Shown here piece by piece: positions 48,663 to 62,000 of a stretch of DNA of 64,000 bases. The notes beneath the pieces are model-generated. The model made no database searches and was not told the DNA's origin. It saw nothing but the letters and a program-made list of their open reading frames with translations. The number at the start of each line of letters is the position of its first letter. Position 1 is the stretch's first letter. Source of the stretch: Strigamia acuminata (Eukaryota); contig OX442314.1 in assembly GCA_949358305.1 (NCBI GenBank), forward strand, positions 25,296,001 to 25,360,000, written 5' to 3'. The position numbers and the translations under genes are program-made.

Positions 48663-51600
48663 TTAAAATCTCTTTTCAGAAACCTCAAAATATTGATCAG
48701 TTTAAAAAAAAAAATTCTCATGCATTGTATTTGTTACTGACCACACACACTGTAACAATCCATCAAAAAAATTGTTTTCAACATTTATACTCTTTCAAAT
48801 AAAAAAAATTTAAAACCCGTTCTTCCATGTCAGGAAATAATTTTTTTTTTTAAACCAACAACCAAAATTTGGATCCTCAGACAGATAAGACTCCATTGTA
48901 AGGACACAGTTGCACCACAAATGATAAAACACAACAGTTAATTACTCGTTCTGGCATCTGAAAGTAACTCTTGTTGCGGTTAACCACCAAAACACCACCG
49001 GCAACAATATTTTGCAAAGAACAAGAAAATATTCATATTTTACAATAAAAATGTAACGAAAACAACTTTTAAGTGCACTCTCGTAGAAGAGAACTCAATT
49101 CGAATGAGGTGTTTTCGTTTTGAGATTTTACCCCATTTAATTGACCTTTAAAAGTCTCTTTTCCAACCCATTTTCGAGAATGATAGTCTCGTAAAATCTC
49201 GCTAGAAATTGTTGCGAGGAATTTATTTTTCAATTAAGCTAAGCTTGCCTCAGTGACAACAAGTCAACAGCAGCTGACAAAATTAAAACCCAATTGCTAA
49301 GGTTGCAATTTTTAACTGCATTTCGTAACAGCTGAGATCTTTGACAAATGTCGATTTATGCTAAGCTTAACTCCAAAAGAATCTACATTTACATGCATGA
49401 AAAGACCGTGCGAATCAATTTTTTTACACGTATTCACTTAAAATCAACTTACAACGATCGAATTTCTGCATAATCTTGTCATTTTCTACTAACACATCCA
49501 TCTCCTTTATCTCAATTTTCTTGTTTTTCGCGCATCTTTTCCGTGTAAACAAACATTACTAAAATTACAACATCTGGAGTTTGGTTCCCATACAACGTTG
49601 CCTGAGTGATGCTAATTGTTTTCTGGATGTTAGTACAAGTCATAGACTGCATTTTCTCCTCGAAAACAATACAAAACGTACATTTAAAGTCACGAGTAAC
49701 TTTTTTGTAAGTCACCCACACAATACCTGAATTTTAACGACATGAAAAATGTATGGGAGATTCTAGATGCCAAGCTGTTTATTGGGGAAACGTTTTACCA
49801 CAAAATATTGGTTATTTTAAGAGAAACTGTTATGAAAATATTTTGTTTTCTTTATTGGTGTTCTCTTTTTTTAGAATTGTATTATTTTCGCCAGTGAGGA
49901 TCAGAAGTTCCCAAACGAAGATGAAATTTTCACTAACAGGAAGAAAGGTTACGAAATTTACATGTATTTAATATTTAGGTGACGTAATTTGGTGTTAAAA
50001 CCACAAAAAATGAAAAAATGGAACCAAATTGCCACGTTTTACCATTACCATAAGCGAACTAGATTCATTTTGCAGAGTCTGCCACTGCGAATGATTGAAT
50101 ACTTCAAATTCATTGAATAATTCAAATCTAAATTCTATTTATCATTTCCAATTCACACAAAATGGCGTCTCGGACACTAAATCCATGCAAAGCCAACCTG
50201 CGATGAGTTCATGCCAACAGCCTGGAGTCTGAGAAAATTGCGTGTTGATGTTTCTGCACAAGTTATTATAAGAATAAACAAGTAAATGGCGTTACGATGC
50301 TCTCGGAAGCAATCTTCAAAACAGGATTGTGCAATGCAAGACAAGGATACTTAATTACCCAGTATCTTCACCCATCCACTTATTACAGCCCTTAAAGTCA
50401 AGATGTAATTGAAAGATGTTTTTCTTGAGTTTTACGGCGGTGTTAATTTCAGGTTTATTTTGCTTCTGTGCAGCACTGCATTCTTCACAAAAGAATGTAA
50501 TAAAAATTACTCTTAATTAACCTTTCTTTGCCCTTAGTAAAAAGAAAAAAAATTGGTACTTGAAAAAATATTCAAAATTCTTCGTAGATCACTTTATTTA
50601 CTGTCTTCAATTCCAATGCGCATTTCAATTGCCTCAATGTCTGCTGCTGCCCCCGCTTTATCGATTTTGTTGATCAATAGAAAATGCAGCTGATTAACCA
50701 TACAAAAAAGACCCATCTTATTGGCACCTGATGGCTTCATAAAACCATTCAACCTGACTTTCGACGCCATTACTACACGATGTTTCGAATTTCAATTATC
50801 GTAGCAACAAAATAAAATAATACACGGTAATAATGTGAAAAATGTATTAAAGATTCTTTCAAATCGAAAATAACCTGACAGATCTCATCGTCTGACTTCA
50901 TCTCAGTTTTCCTTATGTCAACCATAAATTTGGCCTAAAATTTAAAAAAAAAAAGTTCTTTCAAAGGTTTGTTTAATCAAAATGGCTGAAAAAACCTTTT
51001 CTGTGGGTAATTTTTTTGTAAAAACGTTGATAGCTAATGAATAATCTTAAAATTGGAGTATAAAACCTGAAAAGTTTGCTTTACTCTGGCGTAATCTAAT
51101 GCTCAGACGTATTAGTTGGTCGTCATTCGCCATTTTATCGTGAAAAATCTCAAATAAAATTTTTAAAATTGAATTTTCTTCTTCTATTTAGCTCGGAAAA
51201 TTGAGTTTACAATTGCGGCGGTGATTTTTGAAAGTCACGCACTAAACGAGTTGCCTTGCACGTTGATAATCAACTGCAAGGTTTACCGACAGTCGATTTT
51301 GAATAAATGATTGATCACGTCACCGTTATCTGCGAGCATAAATCGACGCGGGGGAATATCGCAACCTACACATCGACTAAAGCACTCAATTTTGTCATGC
51401 CATTTTCAATTTTTATACTCCTGCTTGACTTCTTTGAAAAATGATAAGGATTTCGGTCGAAAATGAAAATACTTTACCTTCAATTTGAGAATTCCATTTC
51501 CATAAAAAAGAGAGGAAAAAGAAAAACACAAAACGGAGTATAAATGCACCAAACTGCGATGATTTCAAACAATTGCTCTAGTTAGCAGTGAAGCAATTCA

Positions 51601-54600
51601 GCTGCATCATTCAGTTTCATTAATTGCAAATGAGCGTATTTTCCACGTATTCAACTTAGGCCTAATGTTGTCTCATTAACCACATGCAGCCACACAAAAC
51701 TTGATTGCCCTAATTATACCTTTCTTCTTCTTTCCCATTTAAAAAAAAAAAAAAAAAAAATATTATTTCAGATAAAAAAAGACAGAAAATCAGTTTTTTT
51801 TGTTGTTTTGTCTTCACCAAGACAACCCAAAATGGAGAATTCTCTCTCTCTTTCTCTCTCTCCACGGCCTGTTGTTGTAGCCATGAATAGCTATTCTGTG
51901 GGGGTTCAGGTTCAGACATTGATTGTAGTTGAAGAACACTATTGGATTTGCAACCACAAAATGACTGTCATTCACTACTTAGCCTTAATTGGCTACTCTT
52001 GTCAAATTGAGAAAATTCCCTTTCAAACAGTTCATTATCCCCAGTTATTCATCACTAAAAGTTGCAACACCAAAAGAAAAAAAAAAGAAAAGAAAAAAAC
52101 TGCAAAAAATTGCTTCAATTGGGCTTCTCAGACCTTAAAGCTGAGACTCACATTTTTTCCTGGCACACTTCCAAAAAGATGTGACCAATATCTTTCAAAG
52201 ATCTCATCATGTCAATGCAGAGTTTTCAGTGATTATCATTTGAAAGAATAACCCCATTTAGGGAACAAACCAATTGCACTTGAAATTAATTTAGCAGGCA
52301 GAAAGACATGAGTCTGCTGATGTCTTTTCTTTATTATATTTTTTTTTATTCTTCCCTTTTCCTCCCCATTAACTGGATCTGCAATTTCTATGCCATTAAC
52401 TGCGGTGGGGATTGAAGAAACAACATAATAATGACACTGCAAACCTCAATCATATTAATTTTTCAATCCCACAAACGAAGATAATCTCTCTCCTTAGAAA
52501 TGTACACAATGCAGTAAAGTCAATTAAGCGTGACTTTATGACCAGAAGAAGAGAAAAAAAAATGTTTTATTTCTTATATCGAGGTAATATAAGTTGTAAG
52601 TCTTTCGTATCTGCTTAAAAATCCCATTTATGCGAAAGAAATACGAGGTAAAGTGAAACGTTATGGGTTATTGCCATGTTAGATGTATAAAGTTTAGGAT
52701 TTCACATATGGTATTTTTTTTACCTTCGTTATAATATATGTAAAACTATAACTTAAAACTGTGCTGGTGGAATAATGGCTCCATGTTTTGGCTTTGAAAC
52801 AAGACACAAAAAAAGCACATAAACTAATTCATAGGTGAATTAAATCAGCAAAATTTATATATTATTTTATTCAATTGAACACAGAGCCCCATGTGTTGGC
52901 GTGGCACAGTAGACGCATTCATAAAGTCATTTAGACTAAACAGCATTTTAAACAACACATTTGAACCGTCTCTATCTAACTTTAGTCTGTTTTCAATCGC
53001 AGAAAGGCATGCGCACATTTAAACAACAGAACTGATGTGGGAATTGATAACCCTAACCTGTTAGCTTGATTCACAATGCAACACAGAAAAGGCATTTAGA
53101 GAAGCCTCCCGTAATTAAAGGGTCATTTTTGACGGCCGTTTTTATCCCGGGAGACGGAAGATTTTCATTTTATTTCCCGGAAATTCCCTGGAAAATTCGG
53201 GAATTCTTAAAAACACATATATATATTCTCATCAAATATATTGTATGGCAGTTCACACTAGTTGCATTCAAAAAGTCGTGTTTTTAGTGTTTTAGGTGTT
53301 TGTGTTTTTATTTTTATACTTTCTAACTGAACAAAACTAAAACTAAAACACAAACACCTAAAAAGTTTAAAACATAAATTTTTAAAAGCATATTTTGATT
53401 AAAAATAAAACTTAATTATCCATTTACCAATGGCTTCTCAATTTTCTCCGAAACAAATAAAAAATTTAATTAAAATCGAAATTAAACCTTTACACCCTAA
53501 AAATCAACCCTAAAATAATTATACCTATATCTAGGTTTAATTGAACAGTGTACATTACACCATTATTAAATCTTTGATCATCATTTTAATTTCTTGAAAA
53601 AGATTTCGAACAATTAGGCCAACAGTCAAGACTAGATGTTGCAGTTTCGCAGTTTCGCAGTTTCGCAGTTTCTTTCTAAGATTAACAATTAATAACCAAC
53701 TAAAACATTTATAACTACGTAGTCGAACTATCGCCACTCATCAATACGGAATCAAGCAGAGTTCAACAACGTGGGCGTTTTAAAATGTAAAAGACTCTAG
53801 CAAGGCCCTTTACTTTAGTGCGAAAAGAGCGCACAAAATTCGCATAACGGCAGGCTAATGCCTGGAAAACTCGACCATTCTGTTCAACTAAAAAGATGTT
53901 AAACACCATCACCATCATCACAGGCCCAGAAACTAACGGCACAGGAAGGCCATGGTCAATTCCTTCACCATTTTATTTCCTCCAAATTACCAACACCGGA
54001 TGTTCCAAATGCTTCCTATTTGTTTTTCTTCCTGGAACATAATTTCGCAAACAATTTCCACTTATGTTCCTTATTGAAATACAACACCGTGTAATAAAAT
54101 TGTTGTTTACACAACGTCTGTCACGTGTTGATCTCCGCCTCGTTTGTTTATTGAAAGCTAACACGACGTGAAGTTTCACAATTTCGATTAAAAAAAACGA
54201 AAAAACGAAAAAACATCAATTTTAGTTCCGATTCGAAGCGAAAATAAATAAATATATTTTTTGCGCGCGTTAGTTGACATTCGCAGTGTCCTTGTCGGTT
54301 AGCATCAGCTGCAATTGACAAATTAACACTGCGTACAGCGTTTTCCCAGCAGACTGCAAAGACGACCGGTTATTTCTCACCGTCTTACTTTAATTATCCT
54401 GCGAGACAAAATCGATTGACTTTTAAAGAAAAATGAAGCTTCGAGCACTCAGACCACACGACACTAAGACCAAGCTGCAACACGACACGATAAGATGCGG
54501 TGCCAGAAAACAGAAGAGAAATGAATTTATTAACTAACAAGACGAACACCAGATGTGGGTGCGCGAGCCAGGCGAGGATCTGTCCAGACAAATTGGATCG

Positions 54601-55159
54601 CGCATGAATAAAATAAAATTAGCGAGCAAATAAACATTTTAGAACGCCGTGCCGTCTTTAACTCGTCTAATTTCGTTGTTTTAGTGCACTTAGAGAGATT
54701 TAAGTGGCATTGAGTGCGTCTTGTGTTTTTCAGAAACGGAAGATGGACATTGGGGGGGTCTCGAAGATTAGTGCGCTGTAAATTAGAGGAATTTATGGAA
54801 ATTTGGGTTGGTTCGTGTTTCTGTTGTGTACGCCCAAAATATTGGGGTTGATTTAGGTGTGTTTAGATGACATCTTGCGAGGAAATAATAAATCTGAAAT
54901 GTCGACAGCAGATGCTAATTTGGCTTGGCAACTGCTCTGCACTTCTTTAAACGCGCTGCATCCTTTCAATTGGCGTAAACAAACCTTAAGACTCCTTTTA
55001 AAAAGTTGTTTTTGTGTACATTTCCAAGGGAAGTGATTCGATATAGGGAGGGAAAAAGGCAACACTAATAGTTATTTATCCTAATGCAATTACCGACCGA
55101 AAACAAAGAGAATTTTTGTTTTGTTTTAAAATTCTCAACCATTTTGCCTTTTCTTTTAA

Positions 55160-55415
55160 GATTTCTAAAACAACGCTTTATTTTTCAGAAATTTCACTTT
55201 TCCCTTTAAATTTTCTATAAATTTCACTACTTTTGTTTTAAAATTCTAAAAAATTCACTTTTTCCTTAAAAATATTTTTAGGATCTCACTTTTATCTTTA
55301 AATATTCTCAAAATATCACTTTTTTCAATGAAATGTCTAATATTTCCACTTTTTTCCTTAAAATGTCTAAAATTTCCACTATTTTCCTTTCAAAATTCTA
55401 AAATTCCACTTAAAT
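55160..55415. repeat. Degenerate 30-31-bp minisatellite
   Basis: The cact core recurs at 55195, 55225, 55256, 55287, 55317, 55347, 55377 and 55407. Confidence 0.8.
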
Positions 55416-57109
55416 AATTAAAAAAAAATCCACGATTTGCGATAATTTTCAATTTCCAAGATGGATTTTCCAATGACACTCAAAAAAAAAAAAAAAAAAA
55501 AACCAAGTTTCCTCCTACATCGAACCAAGTCATTAGTCACCATAGCAAAAGAGAGAGAGAGAGAGTCACGGTGCTCAGAGCATTTTCCAGACTCATCTTA
55601 CACAGCAGACCCAAGTGTTCCCACGTGGGCTTCACTTCTCTTCTCTCTCTCCCCGTCGCCATAGAAATGGGTAAAAATCTTCTCTCAGTTTGTTGTGTTC
55701 CCAATGCCCCAATTGAAAAATCGATCCAACCCAGGAATAAGAACAGAAGGTAAATCGAACAAATTTCCCCACACACCAACCAACCTTGACTCCGCGTCTC
55801 CAACTCAACTCAACAAAAACAGAAAACACTAACCAGCCACAACACAACCTACAACTTCCCTCCCGCCTTAATCCCCATCAACCGCCGACGTTTGCTTCCC
55901 TGCCCGACAAAAATGGAGTCGCAACTTATTAAGCAAATGAGCGGCTAAACATCACTTCCACCTTGAAGCCGTTTCAAACGAGAGGGTCATCAACCACTCT
56001 TAATTACGTGCTAGATGCTTTTCCTCCAGATAATTGGGGCTGTCCATACAAAAGTAGAAGTGAGCAAGGGAGGCCCCTGAGGCGTGCAGGAATTTTAATG
56101 ACTGGCTTAGACCGGTTCCTTGGCAAGAGGAAGGCAGGGCAACTTGGTGACCCCACCCACCACCCTCACTCTGGCTCTTGCAAGACAAAGGCGAGGCAGT
56201 CATTTGAGAAGAGCAACCTGAATCCCATGCAGTCTCTCACTGCAGATGTGGACAGATCGGACCAAACTGATAACGATGGAATGTTAACTCAACCAAAAAC
56301 AAAAAAATAATAAAAATAATAAAAATAAAATATATATAATATATTTAATTTAATTTAATTTTAATTTTAATTTTAATTTATTTTTGTTTTATAAAATCGA
56401 ATTATTTCTCGCACACAATCGCATAAATTCGGTTTGGATCAATTCGGTGCCCACTTGGCTATTTAAGCCTAGTGTCAAATAATCAATACAACTCAAACCC
56501 AGGATCAGTGAACTGTGCTCGGCTCACCTAAAATAAAATCAAACCCCGGGAAGAAATAATTCAATTTTGTCAAACTGTTTACGGGGGCAGATTTTAAAAA
56601 GAAATTAAATATTTGGCCAAGTTTGGTCCGTTCGTGGCGGATGCAAATAGCAATGAGAATCAACTTACCAATGGAAAATCCTAGTCTAATATCTGTTGAT
56701 GATGACAACGCCACTTGAGATGGAAAGAGGCAAACAGGCAGCAGCTTAGCTCAGCTCAACTCTGGGCAGGGCAGGAATAGGAGCAAAGAGGGAGGGCAGG
56801 AGGAGGAAGCGTTCTCGTGCAACGTCTCGTCGTGCGGGAATCATTAGTTCGCGAATGGAAGGGAGGGAGAATTCAAGCTCGTTCGAACGTTTAAAACAGA
56901 AATTAGTTGAAATAAACGTGGCAAATAATATTTTTTTAAGTAAATTCAATCGTTTTATTGGTAATTTAAGCCTCATTTCCATCTTTTTAGACGTTTTTCC
57001 TTCATATTTTCAATAAAATTCAATATAAAATGAGAATAACGAAGGAAATTTCTAAAAGAAAATGGAAATTTGTCACTTAAATATCAATTAAAATAATATT
57101 TGTAAAACA

Positions 57110-58748
57110 TCATTTTAAAATCAACTTTAATTTCAAAGCGGTTGAATCGTTATCCAAATGATGGTATCCACCAAAATTATTTTTCATTTCTATTAGATCT
57201 TCGACTTTCGTACACAAATCTTCGCGAGGAAGTGGATCCCGGTAGAAAGCGTGAAAACTAACAAATTTCAAGAGAGAAAAAACAGTAAGAAACCCACAGA
57301 AAAGCCAAACGTTAAATGATTAATGTTTGCAGTCAAACTAATCGAGCATAGCCGCGCATTTAGCTACAAACAGCCGCGTCATTCGTTCCCATTTACGAAC
57401 AAAAAACCCCAAAAATAAAATTAAATAAAAAAACTAACACTTACTCTCTATTCAACTGCGTTTTCCACACCATCGAATGATACAACGGCGCTGGATTTAA
57501 AGCCGAGTCGTCTCTCACACCTGATAAAACAACGCGCGTGTAATCCGGCGGCTGAACTAACGTTTCCCTCCAAGAATTTACGCGAACCGGTTCGCTCCCG
57601 ACCCCGATTTCTTTCATATATTCTTCGGTCGGCGTGTCGAGGTATCCAACGTCTAAAAAAAAAAAAAAAAAAAAAAATCAAACCATTTCTCTAAATATTA
57701 TTCGCATTCGTACTTTTCATTCCCCCGAATCGGTTCCCATCGTTCTCAGACAATTTTCTCAACCGGTCAACATTCCCCGACCTCACGTTTATTTCGCCAC
57801 CGGTTATCGCGTTTCGTATTTCCGCTTGCCCTTCATTTATATCGTTTTTCGCCTCCGAAATCGAGTGTTTTTCGAATCCCTCGCTTCCAGGTCGAGGTAT
57901 CTCTCTCTCAATATTAAAATTCCAACCGTTCGGACGTTTTAAATCGCTCGTTTTCGGGCTCCGATATTCATTTCTCGCGGACATTCCACCGGCCTTTAAC
58001 TCCGGCGATAAAAATTCGAAATCCCCGGCTTGTGTTACGAATAGTTTGTCCCTCTGAGTGTGAAATGGTGCCGATGATTTGTAATTCCTCGCACCGGCCT
58101 CGCCCACTAATTGTTTCCGTTGCACGTCGAGGCAATCTGAATTCTTCCGGTTAACCATCTTGTGCCTGACGGCAGCGATCGTTTCTTCGCGTTGAGCGAT
58201 TGGATTTAGTTGTCGTCTAGCGCCGTAATGTCTGTGATAAACCTCCTCCAACCCGTAGCGGGTATTAGTGCTAAGGACGAATCTATCGGTATCTAAAAAT
58301 AATACCAAAATAAATAAAATGAATAAATAATAAAATCTTCTAAACCTGGATCTCTGCGTCGCCTGTCGTTAGTCGCATTGCCGTCGGTAAAAGGTGTATG
58401 CGAGAAGAAAAGGTCGGAACATCTCGCCGGGATGCCCATAGTCTTCCAGAGGCTGAAAATTATGCAAATGCATTAAAAAAAACTCGATTTCTAAGTTAAA
58501 AACTATAATTTACTGCGTTGTCGGTGGTATTTCTTGAGGAAAACCCAATGGATCATCGTGCAATCCTTCCAATTGGTTGTGTGTTCTAAACCAACTCGGA
58601 ATACTGAACCTCAAGTCGTTAATAGACCTAGAAATTAAAAAATCACAAAACTTAAAAACTCCCATTTAAAAACAAAGTAAAAATTCGATCACCTCGCTCT
58701 CTCCTTAACCTTTTCTATCGTGATAGCGTACGGTGGTAAAATACTCAT
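57110..58748 (-). CDS. Uncharacterised 403-aa hydrophilic protein, six exons
   Basis: Exons 58748-58693, 58627-58514, 58452-58346, 58292-57714, 57652-57445 and 57257-57110 join with consistent phases (2,2,1,1,2) into a stop-free 1212-nt frame: MSILPPYAITIEKVKERARSIND...TALKLKLILK*. Confidence 0.75.
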
Positions 58749-59060
58749 TTCTCTACATGTATACAATTTGAATAAACTATTGTTTTTAAACGTAAATTTA
58801 AAAAAAAAGTCAATCAAAAACTCAAAATTAAAACCAAGTCTTCACGAATTAAAGACTTAGCGAAAAAAAATACACATTACTTCCTACGAATGCATCTACT
58901 GCATTGTGCCTAGAAAGCATTAAAGTATGGCCATTCAACAATATAGATTTTCATGCTGCCACACAACAATAACACAACAAATCCCACGTGACTCTCCGAG
59001 TTATTGATTTTTGTTTTATAAAATATAATAATTTTATTCCTATTTATTTATTTATTTAAT

Positions 59061-62000
59061 TTACGATACAACAGCGAAATCTTTTAGCTTCTTTCGCTTA
59101 ATCTTGGTCGGTCTAAGTTTCTCTATCCTCCTTCGTTTCGATTCGCCTTTGGATTTTTGTCTCTTGATCCGTTTTCTCGCTGCAACTTCCGGATTGATGA
59201 TGACCTCTTGATCCCTGTCCGCTTTTCTCTTCGCTCTCCTCTGGGAAGTCGAAACTTGCAGTTCCGCGTAACACTTGACGAACAACGCTTGTTCCACTTG
59301 TGGTTTGATTAATTCGATGACCTCTTGAGCTAACGATTTCAACTCCGCGTCTGTTAATCGTCGATTAAAGTAATTAATTTAATTGAATTGTTCGTTCATT
59401 ATAAATATCTACCCGACTGCGGCGAGTTGTCGTTAATTTCGCGTTGAAGGGGACCTAAAATGGACGTTAATCTCTCCTTGTTTAATCCATCGGTGCCCAA
59501 ATTGATTGCAACGGCTGCCAACCATTTGAAAATACACGATCTCTGGAAAACAAAAATAAATAAATGAGTTTTGTATGCACAATTTCACGCAATTAATTAA
59601 TTTTTTTTTTTACTTTCAGTGTGTCTTGCTGAGCGAGTGCAACTTCAAATTTACATTCTCGAACCATTTTGCCGATCAACCAATCAAGTTGTAATTTTTT
59701 ATCGTCGATTTCAACGTCGTCAACTTCCATTCGTCTTATTTCTAAAGCTCGTGCTAATTTGGCAACGTACGCTAAATTTTTGATGACTTGGTCTTGTAGG
59801 TTTGCCGGCAACACTTCGGATTGCACTTGAGAGATGAGATTGAAGGTGAATTTTTGCAACTGCAAACGAATAAATGCAAAATTATTCCCTAATTAAAATC
59901 AAATTCACACAATTATACCTTTGTGCTGGTGTCCTGGAGTAAATAATAACAACTTTCCTTGGGATTTATCACCGAATCGACCAGTTCGTCGACGGAATGA
60001 TGTGAAAATAAGAGGCCGATCAATTGGCACGAAACCAATCGCACTAGATCGTGTGGATGTACGAGATGTTGTTCAACATATTCTAGATTTTCAAATCACA
60101 ATTAGAGTTTTTGGTATCAAATTAGTAGAGAATCAATTTACCCCATAATAAACACATTTCGTCCTGCCAGTCGACACAAACGAGCAAACTGCATTCATTC
60201 ACCATCTTCAAGATCGAATTTAAAATGTGGAAAATAAAATGATCTGAAGTTTTAGCAGCCTTGTCTTCCTCAGTCTGAAAACAAAATTAAATTTAAAAAA
60301 ATTTAATTAAAAAAATTTAATTTCGTTAATATTTTCTTACAAATCCGTGCTTCTCTGGATCCAATTGATTGACAAAGATGGGCAACAATGTTGGTATTCT
60401 ATTTTGAAAATTCTCCTTTTCAACTTCCACGAAAATTCCACATAACTGCGCCGCTAGTCTTCTGTGCCGCACCTAAAGAAAGTTTAAAAAAAAAAAAAAA
60501 AATTAATTAATTATTTTTTCAACTTCAATTATTATTATTCAATCTAAATACCTTGGCATCTTGCATCCATTCCATAACGACACTAAATAAATAATCTCTT
60601 TCTGCGCTCTCAATATGTTTTAACAAGTTACTGATTGCACCTCCCGCCATTTTCCTGCAAACTGCAGAATCATCGTTGACCAAACAAGCGGTCAAAGGGA
60701 TAAAAATCACCTTATAATATTGCTGAAGCAATACCTGCAATAGAAATAATATTAGTCCGAACAAATCAACAAAAATCAAATAACTTACAATTGGGAATGA
60801 ATTAATCATCGATTGTATCATCGTTAGCGCCGAATTACGACCGTATTCGTGTACGAAATGCAACTGCGACGTATAAAACTCAATATGCTTCTTAATTTTC
60901 TTTCCAATGGGATAATCGAACAAATATTGATGAAACACCTATAAAAAAAAATAAAAAATAAAAAAAAATATTAATTTTCTAATTAAAATGTGTAAAATAT
61001 TCATATAAATAACAACAAACCTGTCTGCATTGAACTCGAATGTGATCAGTCTCAGACGTGACCGACATCTCAGAAACTTTAGTCATTATGTCATTCATCT
61101 GAGCATCAACTAATCTCCTTTTTAAAACAGCCCTCAGTAAAGAAAAAGCAGTCGCGTGTCTCGTATGATCCAGAATATCTTGTTCAGCAAAAGTCAACAA
61201 CACTTTCAGATGATCAGGCTTGATTTTGTAGTAGCGAATATCGCGAACCATAACGCTGATTAACTAAAAACAAAAACAAAATATTTATTTTTGTTATAAT
61301 TACACCCAAAATTATTTTTTATTTACCTTAAAACACACGACAACCATGTCAAAATTCTCTCCTTGAGCTCCGGTTGATCCATGTTTATTCAAAATGACAA
61401 ACATCGCACCAACCAATTTGTCAATGTTCTTTTTTAAGCTCGGTAACGGAAATTTTATGAGCGCATGTACGCAACGTATAGTTGTCGTCACTATCTGTAT
61501 AGAAAAACGCAAAAAATTATTTAAAAAAAAAAAATATTTTTCTTAAAATTTTAACGAACCTTTGTATGCACAGAGCTGAGACACTCGACGAAATGCGAAA
61601 TAAACGGGTCGAGTAATTGCATGTGCTCGATTTGAGTCTGTACAAGTTTACCCCGTTTCAAGTAAAAATACACGAGTTGCAATCCAAACTCGATTAAAAT
61701 ATACGAATTAGTTTTAATGCTCGTCTTCGCCGCTCCGGCTCGTTTCGGCTCTTCCGCCAAAAGATACGTATCCGGACGCTGCAAATGCGGAGGAAGTTTC
61801 TTCTCAACTTTTCTCCTAAAAAAAAAAAAAAAGCAAAATAAACACAAATAAATACTAACAAAAAAAAATATATATATATATTTTTTTTACTTTATTCCGT
61901 GCAAAGTTGGAATACTCTCGTTCATCAACCCGTGCGCAAAAATCAAAAAAGTTTTCGCTTCCAAATTTTTGTTTTCGCTCAACCCGATCACAATACTACG

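Noticed and set aside
53039..53210. hAT-like MITE remnant (cccgggaaattccc-type motifs)
   Set aside because: No matching TIR pair or TSD could be defined.
44450..57100. Numerous 60-147-aa ORFs in the interval upstream of miple
   Set aside because: Low-complexity or poly-A-driven, with no domain or exon chain; probably regulatory or 5' intronic DNA. An X-box-like GTAGCTATGGCAAC (48309) and GA tracts are unsupported on their own.
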